Shown: positions 1 through 16,784 of the stretch, piece by piece
How the letters are laid out: each line of letters opens with the position of its first letter
Position numbering within the stretch: position 1 is the first letter of the stretch
NCBI RefSeq assembly: GCF_006345805.1
Contig: NC_042998.1
Span: 165,168,001-165,232,000, forward strand
Length of the DNA stretch: 64,000 nt
Reading direction: 5' to 3'
Source of the DNA: Octopus sinensis
Lineage: Eukaryota
Translations under genes and position numbers: made by a program
Notes under the pieces: model-generated
What the model was told of the DNA's origin: nothing
Seen by the model: the letters and a program-made list of their open reading frames with translations, nothing else
The model's database searches: none

Positions 1-414
1 CTTCACATTTATATATATTTTCCAAATGGTAGTCTATCAAAGATTGCATGGCAAAGAATCTGTAAAGTTTGTCATGACTTTAGCTTATTCTTCTTGAATA
101 TGAATGGATGTGTTTACAACAATGAAATACCTTCTTGATCTTATAGATAATACAGATTACTGAACCTGTTGATTAACAGGAAAATAACACTGATAAAATT
201 TCTTTTTCTGCTTTTTTGGGGGGGTCAATAAGTGTTATTTATATTTGCTTCTATCTAAAAATTAAAAGGAATGATTTCTATTTCTTTCAAACTTTGCTTT
301 TGTGACTAGGACATCAATGCTTTGAAACTGATCTATTTTCTATTACATTTCAGAGATTCAGCACTGAGTTGCAGATACAGAAATATCGTTATAACAAATA
401 TTCTGCTCCGGACA

Positions 415-560
415 ACAGATTCGCTTGTCAGTTGCTTGACTATAACCGCTTGAGCATGTCCCTTAGTAGCTGACAGTATGTGCATCTCTGATCAGGAATA
501 ATGAGCAGGAATAGTGGCGGAGCATCCTAGCCATGTGTTGAGTGGAATTCTTTGGAGTTT
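415..560 (+). mobile_element. Fragment of a dispersed repeat (SINE/LINE-tail-like)
   Basis: GC-richer island (gcttgactataaccgcttgagcatgtcccttagtagctgac...gagcatcctagccatgtgttgag) resembling a cephalopod interspersed repeat as I recall it. No second copy in the window, so support is weak. Confidence 0.3.
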
Positions 561-939
561 TCAAACTCCAATGTAGCAAAAGTCGGAAGAAGATATTAGC
601 AATTCTTCATACTTTCTAGGGGTAAGCAAATAGGAAATTTCAGTTGCTACCCAAGGAAAAAACTTTATACAGTGTAATCATTAAGATAATGAACATTGAT
701 AAATAGCGAAAAATGGAGACTGTTAAAATTTTGTTAATAACAAAAACTCACCACCTTGCCTGCGCATTTGTCATTATGAGACATAGTCAAGAGTGTAACG
801 GCTGTGATTATAAAACTAGAGTTATCTGGGACAAAAGCAACAAAAACTACAACGGCAATAAAAATAATAATAACCATAATGATACGTTGATTATAATTTA
901 TACATATACTTTCATGCTTATCATTGTGTGTGTGTGACT

Positions 940-969
940 GTTTGTGTGAATGCCTACGCATTCTATCAT

Positions 970-1005
<36 letters not shown>

Positions 1006-1117
1006 CTGTATAAACACATAAATACAGACGTGCAAACATATACGTATGTACAAATGTATGCATTTGCGTATATAAATATGTATCTGTCTCTGTGTTTGAT
1101 TATCTACCTGGAATTCT

Positions 1118-1162
<45 letters not shown>

Positions 1163-1179
1163 GAATACACATATACTTC

Positions 1180-1246
<67 letters not shown>

Positions 1247-1456
1247 CATGCACACACGCGCACGCATACACGCAGGCACACAGAAATCAGCATAGATATA
1301 CGGTTGACTATGCACAGACACATATCGCATTCATAGATTTTCATATATGTCTAAATATGTATTATCTGTGCTGTGGTATAGCTTCATATCTTTAGCAGTG
1401 TGCATGTATGTAAATCTTCTACAACAAATTAAATCTGTATTTCAAAACACACACAC

Positions 1457-1505
<49 letters not shown>

Positions 1506-1631
1506 ATTTACACAGATGCATTTATATACACATACGCACATATATTCGCGTTCATTTAGGCGTGATTATTACGAAACAGTTCTCATTATAAAGCGAGTAT
1601 TAAACTATATATTCTATACACACAGATGCCA

Positions 1632-1666
<35 letters not shown>

Positions 1667-1720
1667 TACATATATACATGCATGTATTTATATACATATA
1701 TATACAAAAATATATACATG

Positions 1721-1755
<35 letters not shown>

Positions 1756-2662
1756 ATACATAAATATATGCATACATATATACAACATATACACATATGT
1801 ATATACATATATATACAAAAATATATACATGTATATATATATGCGTATATGTGCATATATTTATAATTATATATATATATATATAAATATACATATATAC
1901 ATGCATGTATTTATATACATACATATGTATGCATATATGTTTGTACATATATATATATATATATACACACATACATACATAAATACATACACATGTGTGT
2001 GTATGTATGTGTGTGCACTCGGGTGTGTAATGCGCCTGTGTTTATATACAAGTGCATATCTGTATCTATATGTGTCTATACAGTCATTTTCATATCCGTA
2101 TGAACGAATGTGTAGGCATTCACACACACACATGGACATGTAACACACGCCATGATTAAAGCCAAAAACAACAGCAGCAAGAACAACAACTACAAGAGCA
2201 ACAGCAAGAACAACAGCAGCAACAACAGCAATATGAACAAGAACAATAATAATGAGAAGAAATTCTTCGTTCTGTACGAACGTCGAATAGTGATTCATTT
2301 TATAAGTTTACCGATACGGCAATGCTTTCTAACAGCTCTTTCCTCCTGATTAGCCCGTTAGTACGCATGACTGATCAGGGAAATGGTTGCTATGGAGTTT
2401 CGAAATAATACTACAGAGAGAGAGAGAGAGAAAAAGAAAAAAAAGAAAAGAAAAACTATAAAAATATATGTAATAACACATACATACACACACACACACA
2501 CAGACAATATATATATATATTATATATATATATATACACACTCACAAACATATATACGCTTGTGTGTGTGTATTATATATATATATATATAATATATATA
2601 TATACACTCACACACATATATAACGCTGTGGTGTCTACAATGTGTATGTTCTAGCATATATA

Positions 2663-2693
<31 letters not shown>

Positions 2694-2860
2694 CATATAT
2701 ATACATATATAATTATAAAATATACGAAACAACACATACATACACACACATAATATGTATATATATATGTATGAGTATATGGTATGTATATATATGTGTA
2801 TATATATGTATATAAATATATATATATGTGTGTCTGTGCGTATGCATATATATATGTATG

Positions 2861-2893
<33 letters not shown>

Positions 2894-3490
2894 GCACTCA
2901 TACATGCATACATATACATATATAATTATATAAATTTGTGTGTATCTTTACATATATGAACGTGCGCACGCACTTGTGGATGTTGTTTTGTGAACGCTCA
3001 CCAAACAGACAGTGGTAAGACAAAGACGAAACAGGGTATAGTAACACAAAATAAAAGAAAATAGCCACCAACCAAAAGAAAGTGATTAAGAAAGACGAAG
3101 ATATACATGAAAATATAGAAGACAACAGAAATATCAACAACGGTAAGAACAACGACAACAACAACAATAAAATAGTGAAGTTAAAACACCAAAAAAAAAG
3201 ACGAAATAAATGCAATGAGAACAGCATCAAGAACAGTAGAAGCAAGAAAATAAAAGAAATCAACAACAAACACATACAAAACACTGATAATCATTACCTA
3301 AGTGTAAAGCCAGAAAATATAAATATATTGAAATAATGCTAAGTAATATACAAATGTACATACAAACGCAATCATTTCCTCCGCCAACACTTTCTCAATC
3401 CATTTGAGTGTGTGTGTGTGTGTGTCTGCCTCTGTGTATTAGATACATATATACATGTATACATACATATATACATATGTATGTATAATA

Positions 3491-3565
<75 letters not shown>

Positions 3566-3648
3566 AAATGTAGGTACCTATATCTACATGTATATAAAAT
3601 ATCTATAATATACATATATACATACACATTATTATATAAATATATAAG

Positions 3649-3700
<52 letters not shown>

Positions 3701-3872
3701 TATAAATATGTATGTATATATATATATATATATATATACATATATATAATATATGTATGTAATGGGCCTCTATAAATATAAATATATATATATATATGTA
3801 TATGCATATATATACATATATATTATATATATCATATATATACATATATATACATATATATATTATATATAT

Positions 3873-3944
<72 letters not shown>

Positions 3945-4591
3945 ATTTGTATATTAATGAGAAAGGAAATACAAACAAAAGCAGATGCAGAGTGTAACAG
4001 AGGGTAGCAGCTGAGAATGTGAAGAAACGTAAAATCTAAAAACAAATTTTAAGAAAATAGTGAGAGATGAAGAGAGAGAGAGAGAGAGAGAGAGAGGAAG
4101 ACAAAGAGAGAGGGGGTGAGAGAGAGAATGAGTGGGAAAAAGAAAGCTTTGTAAAGAAGAGAACTGAAGTTTTGTTCCAATTCTAGTGTTCCAACAATTG
4201 AGAAAATTGCTATTAATGATAGCAACAGTTGTGTTTAAGTAACAAAATAAACACATTACTGACTTAGTCACATGCACACATGAACAGACATATACATGTT
4301 TATTATATATATATATATGTGTGTGTGCGTGTATACATATATATATATATATATATACACACCCACCCACACGCATATACATACATACACATACACACAC
4401 ACATACAAACATATATACTGATACAGAGAGACAGAGGGAGAGAAAGATATATATATATGTATACATATACTTTTATATATGTACTTACATATACATATAT
4501 CTAAATGTTTATATTTATATATATATACACACAAATATAAACATAAATTCATATATATATATATATACATATGACTATATATACATATGAC

Positions 4592-4622
<31 letters not shown>

Positions 4623-4716
4623 GATTATATGTACGCACATGCGTACATGCATACAGACAGAAATGTATTTTATGTTTATGTATACTCCTTTTGTCTGCGT
4701 GAAATTTATGTACATA

Positions 4717-4752
<36 letters not shown>

Positions 4753-4960
4753 TATTGTATATATGGTATGTGTATGTGTGTGTGTGTTTGTGTGTGTGAA
4801 CATATATTATATATTGTATATATGTAATACGTTTAGCATATGTACTATATATAATACATATATATATATATATATATATAACCCGTATGCACAAATATAC
4901 ATATATATATCTATGTATATGTATATATGTATGTGTGTGTGTGCGCGTTTACATAGCTTG
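940..4960. repeat. Compound microsatellite field: (TA)n, (CA)n, (TCTA)n, (TACA)n, (AAC)n, (GA)n
   Basis: Directly visible. It accounts for the YI/HT/CV-rich ORFs in this interval. Confidence 0.97.
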
Positions 4961-5214
4961 AAAACATAAAAAAAAACAAAGTGAGAGAGGAATAGCAAGT
5001 AAGTAAATAATATTCCAGTTCAAGAATTCTTACGTAGCATTTTGCAGGTCTAGTTTCTTGCTGAAAACTCTATATTTCATAACTAGAGGCAGGTTTCAGG
5101 AAGAACTTATGTTGAATTATGAAGACGAAACGATGGCTCTCTCCCTGCTTATATGCGCGCGCGCGTGTAATAAAATTGAAAGGGGGTGCAGCGAAATTGC
5201 CATAAGAATTGGAA

Positions 5215-5255
5215 TATCTAATGTTTCGGATGTAACCCTTCGTCAGAGGGTATAC
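5215..5255 (-). ncRNA. Degenerate minimal hammerhead-ribozyme-like motif
   Basis: Minus strand reads ccct-CTGACGA-a-ggg-ttaca-tcc-GAAAC-att-agat. Core and a 3-bp stem II are present; stem III reads AACATT rather than AACGTT and stem I pairs poorly. Confidence 0.4.
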
Positions 5256-5799
5256 AAAAATAGAAGTTTCAGAAAGATAGGGTTTGAAATGAAATTCAAA
5301 TGTGCCAACCAATTGGATTTAGCTTGAGATTGTAAATAATCTCTCCCCTACCCCCGTAAGATTTTTAACCACTGTAATACTGTATTGATAATAACGTAAG
5401 CATAGCCCGTTACGGCCTATATCTTACCTCTTGATCCGTGAACTCTACGTATGTACATGCATATATCTTTTGTATGATGTAAAAGGATAAAACCTCATTA
5501 TATATGTATTAGTTGATGCTTTTACACATGTATGTATATGCATATACATGCATTTGTTACCTGTGTAATAAACTATGTATGCAGATTAAGACTGAAGTTT
5601 CGACTTTGACTATATGATATATGAATATAATGGCATAATTTGTTACATTATTTGTTGAATTAATGTGCTTGCATCTTCCATAAACATCTGTCTATATATT
5701 ATGTCATGCTATATTATATATGTAATGTACAATATATTATATTATATTATACTATATTATATTATATTATATTACACTATATTATATTATACTATATTT

Positions 5800-6595
<796 letters not shown>

Positions 6596-6617
6596 TTGCC
6601 TGTATATATGTATATGT

Positions 6618-6672
<55 letters not shown>

Positions 6673-7169
6673 ATATATATACAGAGACACGAACTCGCAT
6701 CAACGTTCAAATGGGGGCTTTTCCATGGTTGTATCGGTTAGACGGAATTCCTTTACGCAGATTTTCTCTGGCTTGAAGTCTTTCCTCTCGGTAAAAATGA
6801 ACTCATCTGTTTGCAAGTAAATAGACGAGTTGCTGACCATCGAATGAGGAAAAGCCCTGACATTGTTATACGTAATGTGGAGAAAACACGGTACCGCTTG
6901 AATGAGTCAGTCGTAGACAAAGGTCACACAGTAATTCAAGACACGTCACGAAGCTCGCACATGATCATGTCTATGAACGCTGACAATGTTTTTTACGGTC
7001 CTCGAAGACACGTGAAAAGGTGAAAAAATAAAAATGCACTCACACAACCACATCAATGTACACGGAAACCTCGTATTTGCATATAGATACACACACACAT
7101 ATACACACACATACGTACACACACACATTCATACAAGCAACAAACTTCTTCAATTTTGTCTATTTTGTT

Positions 7170-7345
7170 CACAAGGTATTGGTCGATCGCGGTTTTTATA
7201 TAGAATAGGAGCCGACAAAGTTTACGCTGAAACCGAGCACACCATCACGTGGTTTCGCAGCAAACTTCTGAAGCAAATCTTGAAACAGAATCGGCAAATT
7301 AAGAAATTTAAGTCACTACATAGGACAACCTATTCATGTTAGAAG
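7170..7345 (+). pseudogene. Possible decayed DDE_Tnp_4 (Harbinger/ISL2EU-like) transposase fragment
   Basis: One frame gives KVLVDRGFYIE* (cf. ADRGFLIE) and another gives RQIKKFKSLH (cf. RIKKFKIL). Only short motifs across frameshifts. Confidence 0.25.
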
Positions 7346-7608
7346 CCTTGTTACTGGCCAATTAGTAGCCAGATTTCACGTTACAGATTCTTCTAGAGAC
7401 TTCTGAAATATTTCCTTACAAGATTTGTAGAGTGCGTGATAACCTGCGGACGTGCTACACACATCCTCTTACCGTTTATAATAATCGTTCAACGACTGTC
7501 TGCTCAGCTTGGGTATGTCGATTTAGTTGGCCGCAACCTACTAGACTGTTTTCTCCTGTCTTGACAAACCAGCACAGAGCTTTTGCAATAAACTATGTAT
7601 GAACAATA

Positions 7609-8005
7609 GGCGCAGGAGTGGCTGTGTGGTAAGTAGCTTGCTAACCAACCACATGGTTCCGGGTTCAGTCCCACTGCATGGCACCTTGGGCAAGTGTCTT
7701 CTGCTATAGCCCCGGGCCGACCAATGCCTTGTGAGTGGATTTGGTAGACGGAAACTGAAAGAAGTCCGTCGTATATATGTATATGTGTGTATGTGTTTGT
7801 GTGTCTGTGTTTGTCCCCCTAGCGTTGCTTGACAACCGATGCTGGTGTGTTTAAGTCCCCGTCACTTAGCGGTTCGGCAAAAGAGACCGAGAGAATAAGT
7901 ACTGGGCTTACAAAGAATAAGTCCCGGGGTCGATTTGCTCGACTAAAGGCGGTGCTCCAGCATGGCCGCAGTCAAATGACTGAAACAAGTAAAAGAGTAA
8001 AGAGT
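7609..8005 (+). mobile_element. Near full-length tRNA-derived SINE, family A (CORE/Meta-like centre)
   Basis: A box TGGCTGTGTGG, B box GGTTCAGTCCC, ccttgggcaagtgtcttct, ccttgtgagtggatttggtagacggaaactgaaagaag, internal (TA/TG)n, tail ggcggtgctccagcatggccgcagtcaaatgactgaaacaagtaaaag. More than 10 related copies in the window. Confidence 0.92.
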
Positions 8006-8399
8006 AATACTGAATTATTGCTTCAATTATGTTGACTTGTTTGCGGAAAAATAAAAGTTACTATTAAATATGTGCATGTTGTTGTTACTCACTCACACGC
8101 AGCCTTACATGCATACCTACTAAGCAACACTTCATGATCATACGGTTCTGCTTGCTCCCACATGGCGGACAGAAGGAGATCCTGGAATCCAGGTGGTTAG
8201 CTCAGTCAGTACTTTTGCACAAGCAGGGTATCGAAATGTATAGAGAGGAACACTGCTTCAGTAGAATCATGGAATATATTTGATACTAGTACCCCCCATT
8301 CTTTTGTTTATATATACGTGTGTATGTGTGCGTGAAGTGCATGTGTAGAAATCAACAGATAGGTTGGTACGTGTGCAAGTATATAGATTACCAGATAGA

Positions 8400-8448
8400 C
8401 TGAAAGACAAGTAGACAGACAGACAGACAGATAGATATATAGATAGAT

Positions 8449-8539
<91 letters not shown>

Positions 8540-8540
8540 A
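8400..8540 (+). repeat. (GATA)n/(GACA)n microsatellite
   Basis: Directly visible. Similar tracts at 24130-24690 and 44610-44715. Confidence 0.97.
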
Positions 8541-9353
8541 AATAAAAATTAAAAGGACATGAAATTCAAGCATGAAAATCTTTTTTTTATTTCGCATCGT
8601 CGGTTATATTCATACGTTTGACGGAATTAATATACGATGTTAAATTCTTTGATCTAGGGTACAGCAGCCTTTGCTAATTTGTTCTTAATGAATTGAATAT
8701 AATAAATATTACGCTTTGTAAGCAGTGAATTAACTGCCTCAAACACAAACCAACTTTATATCGCATAGAAGTTTGTTATTGCTACTGTTGAGCAAAGACG
8801 TTACTATCGGCAGCATCTTTCATTTTCGACCCTCCCAAGTCACAACGAAATTTATTTCAATACAGGAATTTCCATCAAGGGTCTTGCAAACTAAACACAA
8901 AAACAATCTAAAAACAAAAACAATCTAATTTATTTGGCTATGTTTTTATATATATGTTTCTAGGACGGTATTTTTTTAATTTGTCAATTTTTTTCCAGAC
9001 ATCATAACATGATTCCAGCGACATTTGTTCACTATTTTAAACAGGTCGGGTGACCGTACAAAACTCGCTTGCTGGCTTTTATCACAGCAATATTTGTAAT
9101 GAACGTTCTTTCGGAAGAAGAATGCCTAGTTTGTTTAGTTTTACAAACTGACATATGATATTGGACCTGTCTCCAAGAACACTTCAGAAAAGTGAATCAT
9201 ACCGTATTTTCGGGTTCATCAACTAGGGGAAGTGTTTGGTTGTTGTAAATTGCGCAGAAATCCTCCACACCTATCTACTTTTTATCTATTCTCCTCTCTT
9301 TCTATCTTCTTTTTCTCTCTCAGTATTTATACAGGCGTATATGCACCCTCCCC

Positions 9354-10757
<1,404 letters not shown>

Positions 10758-10904
10758 TATTATACATACCGACACCAACATCTATTAATAATTCAAACTG
10801 CTTTTTTCTTGTATAATGAAAGTAATCATACAATTACAATTCCGAACAGTTTATTCTGTTGTTGCAACATATCTTGCTTCATGGCTGGTCAGACTTATGC
10901 TTAG

Positions 10905-11155
10905 AAAGAATGAGGAGTAAAATTACTACATCCTCCCTGCCCTTCAGACCCTGTAGAACATTGAAAACCTGACGGCTGAATGGACAGAGGGCTGCTCCAG
11001 CGTTCGGTTGCTTCTCATTATCCTAAGAGCATTATGCTAAGAGCAATATGAAATGAAGCACAATATTCATAAACACGACGCACCGCCCGGTTCAGGAGTT
11101 GAACCCACGATTTTATGACAATGAGTCGAACATCATAGCAACTAACCACTACTGA
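10905..11155 (-). mobile_element. Degenerate tRNA-derived SINE (CORE-like)
   Basis: Minus strand has tcgtgggttcaactcctgaaccgggcggtgcgtcgtg (B box plus CORE-like block). Related to the plus-strand copy at 50925-51130. Confidence 0.5.
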
Positions 11156-11174
11156 AAAAGTAGATATTATCACC

Positions 11175-11255
11175 AACAGGGTTCGAACTCAGTGCCTCCC
11201 GATTAGCTGACGGCAGTGATAAACCCTATTCCGAGAAGACAGTGACACATAATCA
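11175..11255 (-). pseudogene. tRNA-like relic (SINE head or tRNA pseudogene)
   Basis: Minus strand ggaatagggtttatcactgccgtcagctaatcgggaggcactgagttcgaaccc has A/B-box-like spacing, but I cannot fold a clean cloverleaf. Confidence 0.3.
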
Positions 11256-11763
11256 ATACCCGACTATAGCACTAATAACTGAAAAATTCATATTTTACAC
11301 ACCACAGTTGCTACCCATTGATACAGCACATGCTTTACTCAATCACTGTCCGACGCTGAACTACATAACATCAATCAGAGAATATTTATGAAATATAATT
11401 ACCTTTCAACAAGATAACACAACACATTAATCCTACACACAGATATACTTCAATATAAATGTTTTTTAAATACATTTAATCAAAGAATATTGGTTGAATA
11501 CAGGATTCAATGCATGTGTAGAGTCTAGAATTTATCATAATTCTAATGGCAGTTACTTCAAAGTTTCGCCAGTGATGGCTACTTCAAGTTGGAAGAAAGA
11601 AGCCAGTTTCAGTGAAAAGTCGAACTTGCCGTCAATAGAATTATCATATTTCTAGGTACGGAGATACTTACATACAAGCACATTCATACATAGGTTTATA
11701 TGCATATATATACAAACACATATACACACCTAACTACATATCTATCTATCCCTTCTCCCCCCC

Positions 11764-11822
<59 letters not shown>

Positions 11823-11868
11823 GATAGCGGAAGAGATAGACATAGAGAAAAACAGAGAGATATAGATA

Positions 11869-11905
<37 letters not shown>

Positions 11906-12381
11906 GAATGTCTAAATGACGGTGTATTTACAGAGTTCGTTTGTTCAGTGAGCGTATTTATCATGCTCGCTATGTATCATATTTGACTCCTATTAACGCG
12001 TCGGTATCTTAGAATATATGTATAGATGATAACTTTATTAATAAGTAGCGACAAGTTCAGTTCAATTGGTGTCATATTCTTATCACGCTCTTCGCGAAAC
12101 TTACAGACTAATCAACAGTGATTTTAATGGGCCATACACTACATCTGAACAACTAATTAAACTCTTGACAAACTGTTCAGATTTTACTGCACGGATGCAA
12201 TCTTAGGAAGAGCTACTGCTGAATAAATTGCTATGAACACAGTCACAGCTTGTTTCAGCTGTGATGATGTGCTAATGGTAAATTCTAAATTTCCACGTAA
12301 GTAGTTTGGAATTGTTTTACAGACTCAGTAAATTGTGTAAAAGTTATCTTCACCAATTAGGTTAAGAGAAATAGCTGATAA

Positions 12382-12539
12382 TCAGGGTAACCATTCAGGA
12401 TAAGTTGTTGCCGTAGATGCTTTTGTACTTGTTGTAGGCGCTGTAATTGTTGTAAGTGTACTTATTGTTGCAGGTGTGGTTGTTGTTGTGGGCTCTGTTG
12501 TTGTTGTAGGAGTGGTTGTTGTTGTGTAGTTGTTTAGAC
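12382..12539 (-). pseudogene. Thr/Pro-rich mucin-like candidate exon ending in TGA
   Basis: Acceptor ctctgacttag, then (G)LNNYTTTTTPTTTTEPTTTTTPATISTLTTITAPTTSTKASTATTYPEWLP*. Codon-structured ACN repeats interrupted by Pro, Glu and Ala codons. A GTAAGT donor follows at 12104. Confidence 0.45.
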
Positions 12540-12879
12540 CTAAGTCAGAGTAGCGGGTAGTTGTTATTTAGCTTCATGTCAATCCTAATCAAAACGTATC
12601 TACGATTAAAGACCTTCTACCCATGGCTGTCTCATCTTTTAAGGCATGTCTGAACCCAGACAAAATTATCCAATTTGTCCTTCTTGAAAATATATCACGC
12701 ATGATTTTAGATACATTTGGCTAATGTTTCTTTAAGGGATATATATTACATAGAGGCTCATCATAGATCTTCATATCTGTTTGCTGATCTGCGTTCAATT
12801 CACAGGTACAGACAAGAACTAAAGATAGCTTCTTTCTAAAACTATCAGTTATTTAAACACTTTGTTTCAAAGGTCCGCA

Positions 12880-13010
12880 GTTACATTGACACTAGTGCTC
12901 AATTCTATCGGCCCCTAAAGGGTGAAAGGCAAAGCAGACCTCGGCGAAATTTGAACTCAGAACGTGCAGACGGACGAATTGCCGCTAAGCTTTTTGCCCT
13001 GTCTGATGTG
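12880..13010 (-). mobile_element. tRNA-derived SINE family B (Deu/Nin-like centre), partial
   Basis: Plus strand gaaaggcaaagcagacctcggcgaaatttgaactcagaacg is the reverse complement of the family-B core seen at 30355-30570. Confidence 0.8.
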
Positions 13011-13149
13011 CGTAATACTTCAATTTTTAAATAAATTGATATAGCTACATTTAAACATTGTTTCTCTTATATTGTATTTCACGTATTATAGTATGAATAC
13101 ACATGAACATATAAAATCTCTTAATGTAATAATAGATATTAAAACTCCT

Positions 13150-13320
13150 TTCTACTATAGACACAGGGCTTGGAATTTGGTGGGAGGGCCAAGACGATTA
13201 CATTGACCCCAGAGTTCAACTAGCATTTACTTTGCCGTTCTCGAAGTGATGAAAGGCAAAGTCAATCCCTGCGGAATTTGAACTTAGAACGTAAAGAGAC
13301 ACGAAATGCCGCTGAGTACG
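13150..13320 (-). mobile_element. SINE family B, partial
   Basis: gatgaaaggcaaagtcaatccctgcggaatttgaacttagaacgtaaagagacacgaaatgccgct matches the other copies. Confidence 0.8.
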
Positions 13321-13732
13321 TCCGAATCTGCCGACACATGAAGAAGAAATATGAAACTCATCGTTTTGAAAATCTGCTGCATACCGCGCATATGAGGAGT
13401 CATCATAGGATGGCAAATATCAGTACGGATCAGCGACAGTTTGTTCCCTGAAATTATAAACAAGAACATTAACTATTCTTAAAGTCAATAGCCCGAGTGC
13501 ATTTGGCAGATGAGGTACAACATGGTGAAGCAAGGGTTACCAGAATGGCTAGTGCTAATGAATCAAGTGGGTTATGAACACATTCTCATCGGAAAAAAGA
13601 ATTCATTTTCCTGTGACGAACACAAACAGCGATTAGCGTATTCACGTTCGCATCTGCCGGAAGTATTAACATATCGTATAGAATGTCACTGTTCAATGGT
13701 GCTTATGACGATTTGTGGTTAACATACACACG

Positions 13733-13930
13733 TGTGGCAAGCTGGCAGAATCATTAGCACACCGGACAAAATGCTTTGTGGCATGTCGTCCGTCTTTGCG
13801 TTCCGAATTCAAATGCCACCGATATCGACTTTGCCATTAATCCTTTCGGAATTGATAATATGACTACTAGTTAAACGCTGGGGTTAATGTAATCGATTAG
13901 CGCCCTCACAAAATTTCAGGCCATGTGCCT
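13733..13930 (+). mobile_element. SINE family B, near full length
   Basis: ggcaagctggcagaatcattagcacaccggacaaaatgc...ttcaaatgccaccgatatcgactttgcc...ctggggttaatgtaatcgatt. Confidence 0.85.
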
Positions 13931-14281
13931 ACAGCGGGAAGGATTATTCACTCACGTACACACATGCACACTCATGTGTGTGCGTACGTGCATATACATG
14001 TGTGCGTGTGTGCATGTGTGTTTGTTTGAATACACACACACACACACACACACAACTTATCTGGTTGTAGGCAAACAAACTTCGAGCTCTTTCTTGATTT
14101 CTGATTGCTTTAAATTCCTACAGAATGAAAGCGTGCAGCGAACTGGTATTCACACTTCAAACAGAATACTTTTCCTCTCGGTGTCCTAACATTGGTTGGA
14201 ACATCCTGGAACTGAATTCTCTTCATCTTTTACAGTATCCTTCTTTCAGGCAGCTGTTCGGAAAAGAACATGTATATATAT

Positions 14282-14315
<34 letters not shown>

Positions 14316-14330
14316 CACTTACACACAAAT

Positions 14331-14381
<51 letters not shown>

Positions 14382-15389
14382 TCCATACACACATAACTTT
14401 CACATACACATACACCAAATGCACACACACACATATGATAAAAATAACATATACACATTTGTGTGTGTGTGTGTGTATGTGTATGTGTGTGCGTATGTGT
14501 GTATGCATGTATGTATGTGTGCGTGTGTATGTGAAGTATGAATATGAGTCTGTTAGCAATAAAGGTCATATTATTGCTTACCGCACCTCTGTTTAATGGA
14601 AAATTTTGATATTCTCAAAGGCGACAATTTATACCCGCTGCACGCATATACACACGCACGTACACACACACAAATTTGTATGTACGTATTCAGCCTCAAG
14701 TACATTGAAACGTTAGCTGAAATATTACATTTAAAATATTAAATAAAACGTTCAATGTCTGAAATAAAATATTCTAGAGCATTTCTCATTTTCTCTAGAA
14801 TTCTGTTTTTGACAGTTATACATAAAATGTCGAAATATCACATATCAGAAACTGAAAGATACGGCTCAATTACAGGTTGGGAAACATTCACTATAAAACG
14901 CTTAAATGTCAACAGTTTATTTTGACTGTTCAGTGGAAATATTCTGGACTCTGTTTAGCTAGAAGTTTAGAATATCAAACTTTTCTATATCCACTCCTAT
15001 TTCAGAGTCATAGTTATTTGTCTGAATAGGGTGCTAGTTTACGGGTTAAAGGGCCAATAGATCGAGTACTATTACTTGCATTGCGATGTATATACGTGGG
15101 ACCATGCGCATTAATGTTTTTGTGCTAATAGAGTTCCCATACGAAGAGAAAATCAGCAGTTTTGATTGCTATTCTAACATTTGCGAATAATTTTGAATAA
15201 AGCAATAGGGAATATTGAATACTACAGCAACAAGACAATTAGTCGAGAGTTTATTTTCTTTGTTGTTGTCGCTTTCATTCGTGCGTTTATTTACGGGGGA
15301 AGGTTGTGCGTATAACATACCCCTTTTATATGTGAACGAGCAAAACGCCCCTCGTCCAATGGACGGTGCTGAGTTGTCAAACATTTAAA

Positions 15390-15740
15390 CCAAATTTTCT
15401 CGAAACAACTTGTCCGACCGTCCCATAAGCCTCCTCTTTGACAAACACTGATTTAGCCTAAATTTGAGACACCAGCAAAAGAAGAAATAAAGATAGACTT
15501 TTTTCTATTCCAAGAAAAACGATTTTACAAATGCACGTTCCCGCGGCTTTATCGATCGTATTCTCACCTGGATTCGATTTTTGTAATTTTTTCAAGATTT
15601 ATACACGCCCTGATACCGTCTGTATCTACATATCAAATTTGAACGCAATCGGATGGAGGATGCCCGAGATCCTAGAAGACACACACACACAAACACACAC
15701 ACACATACACACAGACAGAACGGATTTTATATAATAGATA
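15390..15740 (+). mobile_element. Non-autonomous Helitron-like (HINE/Lep1-type) remnant
   Basis: Ends catatcaaatttgaacgcaatcggatg...gagatcc-(CA)n-cagacagaacggattttatataatagat, resembling microsatellite-bearing non-autonomous Helitron 3' ends. Family assignment is from memory. Confidence 0.4.
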
Positions 15741-15989
15741 TACAAGGGATAAGTTGATCTCAATCTTAACACTGTGCTGTATCCCTTCCATTCGCTTGAA
15801 AATGTGTTCCAGCAATAGCTTGTAGTTGACTCAAAGACGGACTGCCGTCTCCTTCTGGGAAACATCTCGTACTTTCAGTCTCTTATATGTGCAATCCGGG
15901 ATTAACTGCTTCATGATAATCATGTTGGCTTTAGACTGACAGCTATTTGTACTATACGCTTATATTTTCATATTGTAATTGATTTAGTG

Positions 15990-16150
15990 TATCCAGCCAT
16001 TAGATCTCAGCCATACTGCGGCGCTTCCTTTAAACGCGTGAGTCGACAAACAGACACTAGTTCTTGTTACATTACAGAATGATATTAATTTTATCAGCAT
16101 CTATCGACGGAACGCTAAGTTACGGGAAATAAAAACACAATGGTGTTTAA
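15990..16150 (-). mobile_element. Degenerate family A SINE tail
   Basis: cagccatactgcggcgcttcc and gaacgctaagttacgggaaataaaaacac match the reverse complement of the family A tail. Confidence 0.55.
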
Positions 16151-16210
16151 ACTGGTGTAAATAGAAATATATGCACGTTCACACATTCATATATGCAAGT
16201 ATGATATACG

Positions 16211-16283
<73 letters not shown>

Positions 16284-16641
16284 GATTTTATATTCATTAT
16301 AGATATAAGGGATTATTTTTCTTCTACTGCAAAAACTCTTTTGGCTACAACATGCACTAAAATTCATTCTGTGGACATTTTTAATACGTAATCGTTTTTT
16401 TTTTAGCTCCAGAGACTTTTCAGTAATATGTGATTTTTGCCTCTTATCTTGTGTGTAAAACTCACCTAGTGAAGATGTACACTAATTTTTTATCATAAAC
16501 TTGTTATGTGCATATGTGAAAACATAGTTTTGTGCTTCGTCAAATAATTTAGTGCGTTTTCTACCCTTTTTACTTATCTTACATACATACAGATGCACGC
16601 ACACCCACACATACGTACATACACACACATATATATATTTA

Positions 16642-16673
<32 letters not shown>

Positions 16674-16711
16674 ACTGTATGTATATGTGTGCGTGTTTGT
16701 TGTGTGTGTGT

Positions 16712-16784
<73 letters not shown>

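Noticed and set aside
12382-13447. Idea that in-frame TGA codons in candidate exons are repaired to Trp by A-to-I editing or read as Sec
   Set aside because: The A in UGA has a 5' G, the context ADARs disfavour. The segments also have TAA stops and frame inconsistencies, and I see no SECIS. Ordinary decay is simpler.
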